Shown: positions 9,999-20,382 of the stretch, piece by piece
How the letters are laid out: every line of letters begins with the position of its first letter
Numbering within the stretch: the stretch's first letter is position 1
Source: Desulfurococcales archaeon
GTDB taxonomy: Archaea; Thermoproteota; Thermoprotei_A; Sulfolobales; Desulfurococcaceae
Assembly (NCBI GenBank): GCA_027022365.1
Contig: JALVYU010000026.1
Coordinates: 544,001 to 608,000, forward strand
Reading direction: 5' to 3'
DNA: 64,000 nt
Program-made: the position numbers and the translations under genes
Notes under the pieces: generated by a model
What the model saw: only the letters and a program-made list of their open reading frames with translations
The model's database searches: none
Told to the model about the DNA's origin: nothing

Positions 9999-10726
9999 TC
10001 AAAATAGAGAACCTTCATGTAATTCTCGGCGGCTTCAAGCTAGAAATACCACGGCTAGAAGTCAGAAGCGGGGAATACATGGTCATCATGGGGCCCAGTG
10101 GAGTTGGAAAAACAGTACTACTACATACTATCGCAGGCTTCATTCGCCCGGCCAAGGGAAGAATAGTGATCGATGGGCGTGACGTCACCCGTGAACCGCC
10201 AGAGAAAAGAGGAGCGGTCCTCGTACCCCAGAACTATGCGTTGTGGCCTCATCTAAGCGTCTACGACAATATAGCCTATGGGCTAAGGCTCAGAGGGATA
10301 AGCGAGAAAGAGATAATGTCAAGAATAGAGAAAATCTCCGAGATACTCGGGATAAAGCATCTCCTTAAGCGAAAACCAGCGACGCTAAGCGGTGGAGAAA
10401 AACAACGGGTTGCCCTGGCGAGAGCCCTGATAGTGAATCCCAGGATACTCCTTCTCGATGAACCCCTCTCAAGCCTAGACCCTGGGATCAGGTGGAGGTC
10501 TATGGAGTTCCTGAAAAAGCTACATAAAACACTTTCTTTCACCACAATACATGTGACACACGACATAATAGAAACCATGTACCTTGGCGAGAAAATAGGG
10601 TATATGAGGGAAGGGGTACTCATAGGAGTATATGAACCCGGAGAATTCTTAAATACTGAGTACGCAAAGCCCTACATTGAGATCATATCAAAAATACTCG
10701 GAAAGAAGGCGTACGGTCATGTCTAG
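9995..10726 (+). CDS. wtpC: Tungstate ABC transporter ATPase
   Basis: GPSGVGKT, LSGGEKQ, LLLDEP; operon context. Confidence 0.85.
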   Translation: MIKIENLHVILGGFKLEIPRLEVRSGEYMVIMGPSGVGKTVLLHTIAGFIRPAKGRIVIDGRDVTREPPEKRGAVLVPQNYALWPHLSVYDNIAYGLRLRGISEKEIMSRIEKISEILGIKHLLKRKPATLSGGEKQRVALARALIVNPRILLLDEPLSSLDPGIRWRSMEFLKKLHKTLSFTTIHVTHDIIETMYLGEKIGYMREGVLIGVYEPGEFLNTEYAKPYIEIISKILGKKAYGHV

Positions 10727-11402
10727 TGGAAAGATAGTCATAAAGATAACTGGAAAATTCTTCGACAACTTCGACCCAGCACTAGCGGCGAAGCTTATAT
10801 CGGTTATAAAGCAGGTCTCGGAAGAATATAGAGTCGCCGTGGTCGCAGGCGGCGGTAACCTAGCCCGCCAATATATAAGCAGAGCAGAAAACATAGGAGT
10901 CAACAACTATTATGCGCTTGACATGATAGGAATAGCTGTATCAAGACTCAACGCCCTCCTAATAGCAGAAGCACTATATCCTCTAGCACCGGAGGCAATA
11001 CCCAGAACTCCCTGGGAAACACGAGAGAAACTAGAAACACATAGAGTAGTGGTTCTTGGGGGATACATACCCGGACAATCAACGGCAGCCGTAGCCGTTG
11101 AAACGGCTGAAGCCATAGGCTCGAATAAAGTAATCGATCTATCAGCAATAGATATGGTGTACGATAAAGACCCGCAAAAACATCCAGACGCTAAGCCATT
11201 GTCCAGGGTGAAAGCAACAGAGCTCCTAAACCTTATGGAGCAGAGGATATTGCCGGGCCACTATCAGCTCCTAGATAGACATGCAATTGATATCATGATT
11301 AGAAGCAAGATAACAGTCTACATAACACACTACGGTAATCCCGAACACGTTCTCGAGATAGTCCAGGGCAGAAACCCGGGAACAATGATTATTCCTGATT
11401 AG
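10719..11402 (+). CDS. pyrH: UMP kinase
   Basis: GGGNLARQYI, PGQSTAAVA, VYDKDP; start revised to ATG 10719. Confidence 0.92.
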   Translation: MSSGKIVIKITGKFFDNFDPALAAKLISVIKQVSEEYRVAVVAGGGNLARQYISRAENIGVNNYYALDMIGIAVSRLNALLIAEALYPLAPEAIPRTPWETREKLETHRVVVLGGYIPGQSTAAVAVETAEAIGSNKVIDLSAIDMVYDKDPQKHPDAKPLSRVKATELLNLMEQRILPGHYQLLDRHAIDIMIRSKITVYITHYGNPEHVLEIVQGRNPGTMIIPD

Positions 11403-12099
11403 AGATCTTATTGAGTACTCTGCGGAACCAATACGTTAACATACGTGTGTCGTACCTTGTAGGTCGGGTCCTCCTAAGTACTCTTGCCATAACCATGTAA
11501 ACTCTCCGCCTCTTCTCCTCATCACCTATAACACGTTCAGTTATCTCCCCAATGATCCTCTCGAGCAATAATAGTTCATCCGGAGAAGCCTGCGGCGGGA
11601 CGTTAGTAGCTTGCATACTACGGATCTTCCAGAGCTCCCACAAAAAGATAGCTACGGACTGGCTCAGATTAAGCACGGGGTACTCTGGATTAGCCGGGAT
11701 AGTCACGAGGTAGTCTGCTTGTTTGAGTTCCTCCCTCGTTAACCCTGTGCTTTCACGGCCAAAGATGAGTGCGAGAGACTCTACAGGTTTCTCCCTAAGT
11801 ATTTCTATAAACGTCATAATGTCTATAGCCTGCCTTAATGCGTCGCCCCTACTATACCCCTTAGCCGTAGTTGCAACACTTAGATCAACCCCTTCTAATG
11901 CTTTGCCGAGATCATCAATTATCACTGCACGCCGCAGGAAATCCTTTGCTTTGGCGCTATATATGAGGGCTTCATCGAGATCGGCTCGTGGATTAACAAG
12001 AAATAGTTCGTCAACGCTAAAATTGACGCAAGTACGGGCTATAAATCCGAGATTTACAGGCCCTTCAACCCCTACTAATACAACCCTGATCCTCAACAA
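11389..12099 (-). CDS. trmJ: tRNA C32 2'-O-methyltransferase TrmJ (SPOUT)
   Basis: NLGFIAR, FGRESTGLTREEL, YPVLNLSQSV. Confidence 0.88.
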   Translation of the reverse strand: MLRIRVVLVGVEGPVNLGFIARTCVNFSVDELFLVNPRADLDEALIYSAKAKDFLRRAVIIDDLGKALEGVDLSVATTAKGYSRGDALRQAIDIMTFIEILREKPVESLALIFGRESTGLTREELKQADYLVTIPANPEYPVLNLSQSVAIFLWELWKIRSMQATNVPPQASPDELLLLERIIGEITERVIGDEEKRRRVYMVMARVLRRTRPTRYDTRMLTYWFRRVLNKISNQE

Positions 12100-12700
12100 G
12101 CACCGCCTCTACAGCGAAAATATCCTCGAAAAACACATGTTTCCGTAACTCTCTAATTATCTTAAATCCGTTCCTTGCAATAAGCTCGGCTACCTCTTTT
12201 CTACCTGTAAGAGAAGAATAGACAAAAAACATGCGACCCCCATATTTAAGAACACTGCTTGCATCAGAGATTATATCTGCTATAGTCTCATAGCCTCTCC
12301 TACCTCCAACAAGCCCCACGTCATATAGATCCCTTGGTTCGCCGGGCAGATATGGTGGATTAAAAACTATTAGGTCGGCGCATCTCTCCTTAACAGGTTT
12401 TAATGATAATGAGTTAAACACAACTCCTTTACCAAGAAGATCATTTAGTTCAAGATTATGTAGTGTATTCATACATGCTTTATCGCTGACATCAACAAAT
12501 ATAATTCGTCTGCATTTACCGCTAGCAAGCAAGTATGTTCCCAGTACACCTGTGCCAGCACATGTCTCAATACATGTATCGTGAACGCCATCATGCTTTT
12601 CTAGAAGCTCGAGGAGAAGCCAAGTATCATCGGAGGGCTCATAAACACCCCTGTATATGCTTATCTTCCCCCATCCCAGATCTAGCATGTACCTTTCCAC
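12065..12700 (-). CDS. HemK2/PrmC-like (release factor glutamine) methyltransferase
   Basis: VYEPSDDT, AGTG, NPPY, VYSSL. Confidence 0.85.
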   Translation of the reverse strand: MERYMLDLGWGKISIYRGVYEPSDDTWLLLELLEKHDGVHDTCIETCAGTGVLGTYLLASGKCRRIIFVDVSDKACMNTLHNLELNDLLGKGVVFNSLSLKPVKERCADLIVFNPPYLPGEPRDLYDVGLVGGRRGYETIADIISDASSVLKYGGRMFFVYSSLTGRKEVAELIARNGFKIIRELRKHVFFEDIFAVEAVLVEDQGCISRG

Positions 12701-13512
12701 AGTCTTGCCAGCTCCTCTATTTGTCTTGGAGACAACTGGTATACCCTTGTAGCCTCCTCCACACCAACAGCATTAAGTATATTTTCATCGCATATCCCGA
12801 GTTCCTTACATATAACCTTACGGGCTTTCTTACGCCTCATAATGAATAATCTCCGGCTAACCTCCTCGATACATGGCGGTAATTCAGAAAATTTCCTTCT
12901 CCTCAAAAGCACGATCATTTGGGAAGAAACATCTGGTTTCGGGTAAAAACAAGAAGGTGGATATACCGGTCCAGGCCTCGTATCGAACACTAGTTTTACA
13001 AGAACAGTTATTCTACCATATCGGGGAGAGCCTGGCTCGGAACATAATCTTTCAACAACATCTTTTTGCAATACTAGAATGGCAACCTCAACACTATCCG
13101 ATTTCGTAGTCTTTACCAAGATATCGGAGGAAATGTGGTAAGGCGTATTTGAAACCAATGCACTTGTGTTCCACTCTAGATCCAAAGCATCGCCAATGAT
13201 CAGTATTGCAGGATCTTGGATAAACTGAGACGCTATCATCGCAAGTATGGGATCGATCTCTACATGAACGGTAGCCTTGAAACGCCGTGATAGAAAGTAT
13301 GAGAGAGTACCAAGACCAGCCCCTATTTCGAGCATTGTGGGTGGCGAGTATTGCTCTAGATGATAAAGGATATCCCGGACGAGCCCAGTACACACAACAA
13401 AATTCTGGCTGAACCTTCTACGTGGCCGAACACCATGTTCCCGGAGAACCCTAAGCGTCCATCTTAATAATCCCTTATTATGCATTGGTGGGGCCGACAA
13501 TAGATGAAACAC
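12682..13512 (-). CDS. rsmA: 16S rRNA m6,2A dimethyltransferase (KsgA/Dim1)
   Basis: SQNF, EIGAGLG, SNTPYHIS, F.PKPDVSS; true start may be 13485. Confidence 0.9.
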   Translation of the reverse strand: MFHLLSAPPMHNKGLLRWTLRVLREHGVRPRRRFSQNFVVCTGLVRDILYHLEQYSPPTMLEIGAGLGTLSYFLSRRFKATVHVEIDPILAMIASQFIQDPAILIIGDALDLEWNTSALVSNTPYHISSDILVKTTKSDSVEVAILVLQKDVVERLCSEPGSPRYGRITVLVKLVFDTRPGPVYPPSCFYPKPDVSSQMIVLLRRRKFSELPPCIEEVSRRLFIMRRKKARKVICKELGICDENILNAVGVEEATRVYQLSPRQIEELARLWKGTC

Positions 13513-13572
13513 CGCATAAATAATGAATTGTCGAGCTCTACTCGAAAGAACATGATCAAATGGTTTGTAGGG

Positions 13573-14244
13573 TTAAAGGAGTTCTTCGTAATATAGGCGC
13601 TCCAAGTATCCAAGATATAGTGTGCTCGGTTGTTTTCTCGGTGGTTTAACGAATAGATAGTATTTCTCGTTTCCCATTAACTCACTAATTATCCGTTCGG
13701 TGAGAGTTTTAACTGGATCTACTTTTGTGCGTTCTTTAATATCTTTGAAGCTTTCAAACGGTTTTCTCTTACGCTCTTCTAGGATATGGCGCATGGTCTT
13801 TTTACCTATTCCTGGGAGCAATTCAAGTGCGTGAAGACGTATATTGACGGGTTGTGAGAGATTAAAGAACGCCACGAATAACCTCTCATTATCTATTATG
13901 ATTCTCTTAATAGCTTCGGGTAGATTTGTACGTGCCACGCTCGTTAGATCATCATATGTTATCGTGATGGGACGCCTTATCTTAGAATGTGGATCCAGCT
14001 CTACTTTTTCAAGAATATCTATCCTGACAGCGGGGAGGGGCTCCGCTTCGATGAGCGTGAAGAACTTGGTACCCACTGCTTGGACGAGGGGCTTATTCCT
14101 ATGTTCCGGATGCCTATCTGTGGGATTACCGAACTCCATGTAGTCAATTATGTATACGGCTGGCTCATCTATCCGCGCCCTACTTTCCAGTGGACCGAAT
14201 CGATGATGCCGTGCTGGCCTCCTATAAGGACGCAATCCGATCAA
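13573..14244 (-). CDS. DUF655 putative RNA-binding protein (HhH)
   Basis: RLHALELLPGIGKK...FESF.DI; conserved rpl21e-rpoF-DUF655-ksgA order. Confidence 0.88.
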   Translation of the reverse strand: MIGLRPYRRPARHHRFGPLESRARIDEPAVYIIDYMEFGNPTDRHPEHRNKPLVQAVGTKFFTLIEAEPLPAVRIDILEKVELDPHSKIRRPITITYDDLTSVARTNLPEAIKRIIIDNERLFVAFFNLSQPVNIRLHALELLPGIGKKTMRHILEERKRKPFESFKDIKERTKVDPVKTLTERIISELMGNEKYYLFVKPPRKQPSTLYLGYLERLYYEELL

Positions 14245-14325
14245 CCCTAGAGCCTTGTCATAAAATATTGTTTATTTAAATCCCACTAATAATGTTCCTT
14301 TATCCAGGATAAAATAGGCCATCCT

Positions 14326-14703
14326 CTATTGTTCTTCCTTACAGTAGGGCTTCACGGTCTCAAGGATTTCCTGTACCTCGTCTGTCTCAAACACTTTGTC
14401 TTCCAGCTCGAGGAGTATTCTTGTCTCATCAATTGTCTGTGGACAGATGTTTATGAGCATAACTATTGTTTCGTCCTTTAAGCCATAGTTGCGTAGTTTC
14501 TTCTTAAGTGCAATAGCTACGTCAGGCTCCATCTTGGAAGATATGGAGAGATACCGCAGTGTTTTTACTAGGAGCGGTGATACGCTTCCCTCTTTTTCCT
14601 CGATAATTCCTACTATCTTTTTTAATATCTTTAATGCCTCGGGATTTGAGAGATGTTCTTCATTTAAAACCTCTACCTCTAGTTCTTGAGCCAAATATAT
14701 CAC
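14326..14703 (-). CDS. rpoF: RNA polymerase subunit F (Rpo4)
   Basis: INICPQT.DE.R motif and gene order. Confidence 0.85.
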   Translation of the reverse strand: MIYLAQELEVEVLNEEHLSNPEALKILKKIVGIIEEKEGSVSPLLVKTLRYLSISSKMEPDVAIALKKKLRNYGLKDETIVMLINICPQTIDETRILLELEDKVFETDEVQEILETVKPYCKEEQ

Positions 14704-14744
14704 CAGTCATAATTTCATTACGACTAAAACAATTATTTCACGAT

Positions 14745-15041
14745 TTATGGAGCTGGCCTGAGGTGTTCCGGACGGACAAATAATATTTTTCTCTTATTAC
14801 CGACATATACTTCGACTATGTAAGCCTTCCCCCTCTTCCCGATAACTGTTCCTGTCTTTCCATGGTATCTCCGGTGAGGCATACCATAGTGTATTGCCGG
14901 GTTTACTTTTATGTGTACTTTATCGCCAGGCCTATACTCATGTAAAAGCATACTCAGAGGGGGTACTGCGCCTCGTTCTCTAATATGTTTCTTGAATACT
15001 TTCCTGGTTCTGTGTCTGTATCCTCTGGGCGCCCTAACCAT
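14745..15041 (-). CDS. rpl21e: 50S ribosomal protein L21e
   Basis: GYRHRTRK, GMPHRRYHGKTG, RPEHL. Confidence 0.97.
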   Translation of the reverse strand: MVRAPRGYRHRTRKVFKKHIRERGAVPPLSMLLHEYRPGDKVHIKVNPAIHYGMPHRRYHGKTGTVIGKRGKAYIVEVYVGNKRKILFVRPEHLRPAP

Positions 15042-15135
15042 TGATGCTACACCTTTGTCTTTTCTCGGATTTAATTCACTGGATAGGATGGATTATATAG
15101 GTGTCTAAATAAGGATTTCTGATACTATGTTTTTG

Positions 15136-16467
15136 TCATTCTTGCTCTACGACAAGTACATCAAGTTCAAGAGGATATGCCTGTACACCTAAGACTTCAG
15201 AAATACTAGGAGTTGTTCTGCCTTGATCTCCGTGTACAAGTTCCTTCACATATAGTCCGCCATCGCAGTATATGAGGGCTTCAAACATATTATCAACTAG
15301 TTGTCTTGTTTTCACGAAATATACTTTTCTTCTACGCAGGTGCTCCTTTTTCCTACGAAGTATTCTGAGGGGAGTTAGTTGTCTTATCTCTCTATTGGTA
15401 AAATACTTCTCGATCTCGTCGAGTTGCTGTCTATTAACAGGATTCTCCGTCATGATCAGTACTTTGTAGAGTTTTTTCTTCTTAGAAGCTTCTCCCTTCA
15501 AATACGCTATTCTTGACCTCGATGATTCGCCATGGATTACTGCCTCGATGAGTGTTCCTTTGAGTAGATCGTTCACTAAATCTAAATCAACATACCTAAA
15601 CCGGGGATTCTTTATCTCTATGACTAGAGGCCTGCCTGTTCCCAGCATTCTCGCGTCAACATCTTCTCTACCACTTGCATGAATAACAACTTCTTCAGCG
15701 TCAAAGATTTCTTTTAGCCTGTCATTGAAGAATTCTTGAAGGCTGTATGGATATAGCTTTACGCCCTCGCGCGTCGTCCATATAGTATGCGATATGTTCC
15801 GCCCACGCTTCCAGTATTTTCCCTCAAAAAGCAATGGATTGATCTCGAGTCTTAGACCCAGTGTTTCATAGTCTATTACAACTACTGCTTCGGGTTTATC
15901 GAAATCGGGCTCTAGGCCATAAAACTTCATTATTCTTTTCCCGACTTCCCTCTTGATCTCATTCTTTATAGATTCCGAGTACTCGAGGCCGCTGAAGCTG
16001 GACACTTCTATTTCACGCAAAACGATTTCTTGGGGTATGCTTACACCGACGAGGAATCTGTAAACATTAACTTTTTTGAGGAGGGCAGCAGCTTTCCCCG
16101 CTAGTTCATCGTAGAGCTTCTCGCTGATTTTCCCACCACATATATAGCATGGTGCCTCAGCTATTTTTTCGCCATAGAGTTTTTCATAGAGCGAGCTTAT
16201 GGGTTTGCCTGAATTGATTGCAAGACTTCGTAGATATTCCTTGTCTATCTTGCCACTCCGATAATCGTCGTATAGCTTCATGTTAAGAAATACCTTTATA
16301 GCATGGCCTCGCTCCTTGTTCGTCATCTCTATTCCTTTCTTAGCGAACTGTCTTCCGAGACAATGATCGCATAGTGGGTACCGCTCAAGTATTTTCTGAG
16401 CCGTTAATACGATATCGTAGAGGCTCTCTCCACTCAATTTTTCCTCTCCTCCTAACCCAGCTACCAT
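15136..16467 (-). CDS. pus10: tRNA pseudouridine(54/55) synthase Pus10
   Basis: LCDHCLGR, HASGREDVDARMLGTGRP, GGLYVKEL. Confidence 0.95.
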   Translation of the reverse strand: MVAGLGGEEKLSGESLYDIVLTAQKILERYPLCDHCLGRQFAKKGIEMTNKERGHAIKVFLNMKLYDDYRSGKIDKEYLRSLAINSGKPISSLYEKLYGEKIAEAPCYICGGKISEKLYDELAGKAAALLKKVNVYRFLVGVSIPQEIVLREIEVSSFSGLEYSESIKNEIKREVGKRIMKFYGLEPDFDKPEAVVVIDYETLGLRLEINPLLFEGKYWKRGRNISHTIWTTREGVKLYPYSLQEFFNDRLKEIFDAEEVVIHASGREDVDARMLGTGRPLVIEIKNPRFRYVDLDLVNDLLKGTLIEAVIHGESSRSRIAYLKGEASKKKKLYKVLIMTENPVNRQQLDEIEKYFTNREIRQLTPLRILRRKKEHLRRRKVYFVKTRQLVDNMFEALIYCDGGLYVKELVHGDQGRTTPSISEVLGVQAYPLELDVLVVEQE

Positions 16468-17014
16468 AAGCTAGGTCTAGAATATAATTTGAAGCTATTG
16501 TGAAATACAGTTGATTAGCGGATGCCGGTAATCTAAAGACGAATGAATTTTCGAACCTGGTGGGAGTATCTAATGTATTGATAACTATTGTTTTAACTAT
16601 TGTTTGTGGAGGTATTGAACCTAGTCTTGTGAGCTGGATACCACTATGCATATTTGCAGTCCTCAGGGTTTTTGGCACTATTAAGAGCTCGGCTCCACCT
16701 ATAAATCCAGCTATTATGTCGGACGGTAGAAGATGTACTCCGGGATATAGCTTGTTTTTACATAGAATAGATTCAAGGAAACGAGTTAGGCTCTTGTCTT
16801 GTGGATGGAAGTGTCTAAGACGATATCCATTAAGGAGTATTGACATGGGCGTCGAGTACAGTATTACAAGGGTATCTATTCTGATGCCGTAGCTTACGGT
16901 TAATGCGTAGAGTGCGAGGATTTTTAACCTGTTGATTTCTTTGCATGGATCACGTGTTTCGAACACAAATATTCTTTTGGGAGAATATGGTGTTAAGATC
17001 TTGGATAGTGTCAA
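16385..17014 (-). CDS. Divergent TrmY-like (SPOUT) protein
   Basis: ALTVSYGIRIDT and LRHFHPQDKS resemble the TrmY N-terminal motifs; adjacent to pus10. Confidence 0.45.
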   Translation of the reverse strand: MTLSKILTPYSPKRIFVFETRDPCKEINRLKILALYALTVSYGIRIDTLVILYSTPMSILLNGYRLRHFHPQDKSLTRFLESILCKNKLYPGVHLLPSDIIAGFIGGAELLIVPKTLRTANMHSGIQLTRLGSIPPQTIVKTIVINTLDTPTRFENSFVFRLPASANQLYFTIASNYILDLAYGSWVRRRGKIEWREPLRYRINGSENT

Positions 17015-18336
17015 GGTTTAAAGCCTAACTGTAGTCTCTCGAGAATGTTCTTTCTCTTTCTCAATTGTCTTGCAAGTCTTTTCATGGCCTGATATTGTTT
17101 CAATAACTCCTTAACATCTTCAGGCCTAACGCCGGCTCCGAGGGCTATTCTCCTTATTCGTCTCCTATCTATTATCTCGGGCTTATCTAGCTCCTCGTAG
17201 GTCATGGAATTAATTATCGCGATCCATTTCTTTATTCTCTCCTCGGCTTTACCTGCTTCAAACTCTAGTGGAAGCTTCATGCTTAGCCCAGGGATCATCT
17301 GAAGTATTTTGCTTAGCGGCCCCATTTTTCTTAGACTGATAAGTTGTTTATAGATTATCCTCATATTAAGTTTTCCTGATACGAAGTCCTCGATATCCTT
17401 CTCAGTAAATTCTACCTGTATCCTTTTCACTCTCTCAACAAGAGCCTCTAGGTCACCCATTCCTAAGATGCGCGCAACGAATTTCGGTGGCTTAAAGACT
17501 TCTAGCTCGTCAAGTTTCTCGCCAGTACCTACGAACTTGATTGTTGCCCCGGTTACTGCTACTGCTGATAAGGCTCCACCGCCCTTAGCTGTGCCGTCCA
17601 GCTTGGTTATAATGATTGAGCCTATTGGCGTTGCTTCGTGGAATTTTTTAGCTATATTGTATGCCTGTTGGCCTATCGCTGCATCTATCACTAGGACGAC
17701 CTCGTCAGGATTAATGGTCTTACTGATCTGGTTCATCTCTGCGAGTAGGTCTTCTTCGCGGTGATGCCTGCCAGCTGTGTCGACAATGATTATATCGAAG
17801 CCTTTGTCCACGAAGTACTTAACTCCGTTTCTCGCGATTGCTACCGAGTTCTTGTTTCCGGGCTCGCCATATACCGGGACCCCGGCTTTTTCGGCGAGTT
17901 GTTTTAACTGCTCATATGCGGCTGGCCTATATGTATCGGCTGCTACTAGTCCGACCCTATATCCGTCTAGCTTATAGTAGTATGCGAGTTTTCCGGCCGT
18001 CGTTGTTTTTCCGCTGCCCTGAAGTCCGACTAGGAGGATTACCCATGGCTTTTTCTTAGGTTTGACTTGAGGCTTCTTTTCTCCTCCGAATAGCTTTGTT
18101 AGTTCTTCATATACTATCGTTACGAACCATTCACGCCTCGTAATACCTGGTGGAGGCTCTTCTTTTAGGGCTCTCTCCCTGATCTTCCTGGTAAGCTCCG
18201 CGACGATCCTTATGTTAACGTCGGCGCGGATGAGTTCTTTCTGTAGCTCTTTGATGAACTCCTTGACAGCTTTCTCATAGTCGCCTTTTCCTCTTAGAAA
18301 GGATGCTAGTGCTTTCCGTACACCCTCCAATACCAT
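17011..18336 (-). CDS. srp54: Signal recognition particle protein SRP54
   Basis: GLQGSGKTTT, DTAGR, TKLDGTAKGGGALS, M-domain; start revised to ATG 18336. Confidence 0.97.
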   Translation of the reverse strand: MVLEGVRKALASFLRGKGDYEKAVKEFIKELQKELIRADVNIRIVAELTRKIRERALKEEPPPGITRREWFVTIVYEELTKLFGGEKKPQVKPKKKPWVILLVGLQGSGKTTTAGKLAYYYKLDGYRVGLVAADTYRPAAYEQLKQLAEKAGVPVYGEPGNKNSVAIARNGVKYFVDKGFDIIIVDTAGRHHREEDLLAEMNQISKTINPDEVVLVIDAAIGQQAYNIAKKFHEATPIGSIIITKLDGTAKGGGALSAVAVTGATIKFVGTGEKLDELEVFKPPKFVARILGMGDLEALVERVKRIQVEFTEKDIEDFVSGKLNMRIIYKQLISLRKMGPLSKILQMIPGLSMKLPLEFEAGKAEERIKKWIAIINSMTYEELDKPEIIDRRRIRRIALGAGVRPEDVKELLKQYQAMKRLARQLRKRKNILERLQLGFKP

Positions 18337-18399
18337 TTCATCATACCTCGTGAACCATACTGGGATAGAGGAGTGTCTCACAGGTTTATATAGTGTGTT

Positions 18400-18512
18400 T
18401 GGTGCGGGGGGTGGGATTTGAACCCACGCCGGCCTACGCCAGCGGATCTCCCCCTAGGTGGTAAGCCGTTGTCTTGAGTCCGCCCCCTTCGACCAGGCTC
18501 GGGCACCCCCGC
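18400..18512 (-). tRNA. tRNA-Leu(CAA) with 25-nt intron (18448-18472), encoded CCA
   Basis: GCGGGGG acceptor, anticodon arm GCGGA-CTCAAG^A-TCCGC, long variable arm, GGTTCAAATCC. Confidence 0.93.
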
Positions 18513-18585
18513 ACCATACTATGGTAATTCGGTAAGGGGATTTATATTTAAGGTAGTTCCTAATGCCTTCATAGGCGGTGATTAT

Positions 18586-19638
18586 ATGGAGTTAGCCTAT
18601 AGCGTTAATCCTGGAATAGAGGATATCGTTGCCGAGGAAGTTGTTGCGGAAATGGGTGGCACTACGAGCTACCATATGATGTCAGGCTACGTGTTCCATA
18701 AGCCTGCGAGCTTCAATGAATATGCGATAATGAGGCTTAGAAGCATAAATAGAGCCTACATACTGCTGTGGCGTGGTAAAGTTGGAGAGAAACCGGATGA
18801 TCTAATAAGGATTAGAGATAGGCTAGTGGATGAAATGGAAGGTTTAGAAGAATACATCACACCTAGCACGAGTTTCGCTGTATCAGCTGAGAGAGTTGGA
18901 ACACATGAGTTCACATCAATGGATATTGCCAGAATAATCGGTGATGTAGTGATAAGATACATTGAGAGGATCCATGGGAAAAGACCGCCTGTGGATCTAC
19001 GTAAGCCTCACGTCGTTGTTTTCGCGTTTCAGCGTTTCGACGAATTACTAGTAGGTGTTTCACTCACAGGTACAAGGAGCATGCATAGGCGGGGATATAG
19101 AGTATATGATCACCCAGCAGCTCTTAAGCCCACATTAGCCTACGCCATGCTAAGACTATCGGGTACTAGAGACCACGACGTCATAATCGATCCTATGTGT
19201 GGTGGAGGGACCATTCCCATAGAGGCTGCCCTCATCCATGAGGACGCTGAGATAAAAGGTCTTGATAAGAACCCTCACCATATAATGGGTGCTAGACTAA
19301 ATGCTCTTGCCGCAGGTGTCAGTAACAGGGTATTCTTCGGAGTATGGGATGCACGTAGACTCCACGAGCTCTCGGTAGAGTTTGACCATATAATTTCCAA
19401 TCCACCCTACGGGATAAGATATGGTAGTCCTTCAACTGTTCGTAGGCTCTATAAGGACTTCTTAGCATCCGCATCGAGATGTCTGAGCAATCGAGGAAGA
19501 ATAACAATAATTACGACCGAATATAACTTCGTAAACAAAGTTATTGATGAACTAGGGCTTATCAGAGTGCATGAACGAACAGTACACCATGGAAGTCTAT
19601 ATCCACATATTATCGTCCTCGAGAAAAGAAGTAGCTAG
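18586..19638 (+). CDS. trm14: tRNA m2G6 methyltransferase (THUMP + MTase)
   Basis: THUMP domain, HRRGYRVYDHPAAL, DPMCGGGTI, NPPYG. Confidence 0.85.
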   Translation: MELAYSVNPGIEDIVAEEVVAEMGGTTSYHMMSGYVFHKPASFNEYAIMRLRSINRAYILLWRGKVGEKPDDLIRIRDRLVDEMEGLEEYITPSTSFAVSAERVGTHEFTSMDIARIIGDVVIRYIERIHGKRPPVDLRKPHVVVFAFQRFDELLVGVSLTGTRSMHRRGYRVYDHPAALKPTLAYAMLRLSGTRDHDVIIDPMCGGGTIPIEAALIHEDAEIKGLDKNPHHIMGARLNALAAGVSNRVFFGVWDARRLHELSVEFDHIISNPPYGIRYGSPSTVRRLYKDFLASASRCLSNRGRITIITTEYNFVNKVIDELGLIRVHERTVHHGSLYPHIIVLEKRSS

Positions 19639-19727
19639 ACATAGTTTTACCGAGATAGAGAATATTTATAAAATATCTCCAAACTCTAACACATTAGAGC
19701 TGAATGTAGATAGAGAAGTGGTGAAAT

Positions 19728-20252
19728 ATGCCCCTAAGACCAGCACGATGCTATACACACTTCAGCGGTCCACCTTACACGAGGAAAGAGTATATACCGG
19801 GAGTGCCACAGCCCAAGATCGTCAAGTTTGAAATGGGGAATGTTCACGGCGATTATGATTACGTTGCAGAACTTGTAATGATCGAGGCTGGACAGATAAG
19901 ACATAATGCATTAGAAGCAGCGCGTGTAATGGCGAACAAATATCTCAGCACAAATGTGGGCGAAAACAACTACTTCCTAAAAGTAAGGGTTTATCCTCAC
20001 CATGTATTGAGAGAAAACAAGATGATGGCGTTCGCTGGTGCAGACCGTCTACAGGATGGAATGAGACAGGCATTCGGAAAGCCAATAGGAACTGCAGCAA
20101 GAGTATATCCAGGAACAGTGGTAATGGAGGTACGCATAAAGAAAGAACATGTTGAACACGCCAAAGAAGCATTAAGGAGAGCAGCCTCTAAACTACCATT
20201 ACCAGCAAGGATTAGATTCAAACCATTAAAACCAGGTCTAAAACCAGTCTGA
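19728..20252 (+). CDS. rpl10e: 50S ribosomal protein L10e/uL16
   Basis: [22 protein letters not shown]. Confidence 0.97.
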   Translation: MPLRPARCYTHFSGPPYTRKEYIPGVPQPKIVKFEMGNVHGDYDYVAELVMIEAGQIRHNALEAARVMANKYLSTNVGENNYFLKVRVYPHHVLRENKMMAFAGADRLQDGMRQAFGKPIGTAARVYPGTVVMEVRIKKEHVEHAKEALRRAASKLPLPARIRFKPLKPGLKPV

Positions 20253-20382
20253 TTTTACAATCACAAATATGATAATGGATTAAAGAATACGCCCTATTCA
20301 GTACTCTATTCTATAATTCCAGTGATTTTCGTCATCTGGGCCGGACAACCTAGATAATTATGCCTCAAGTAAGAATCAAATA

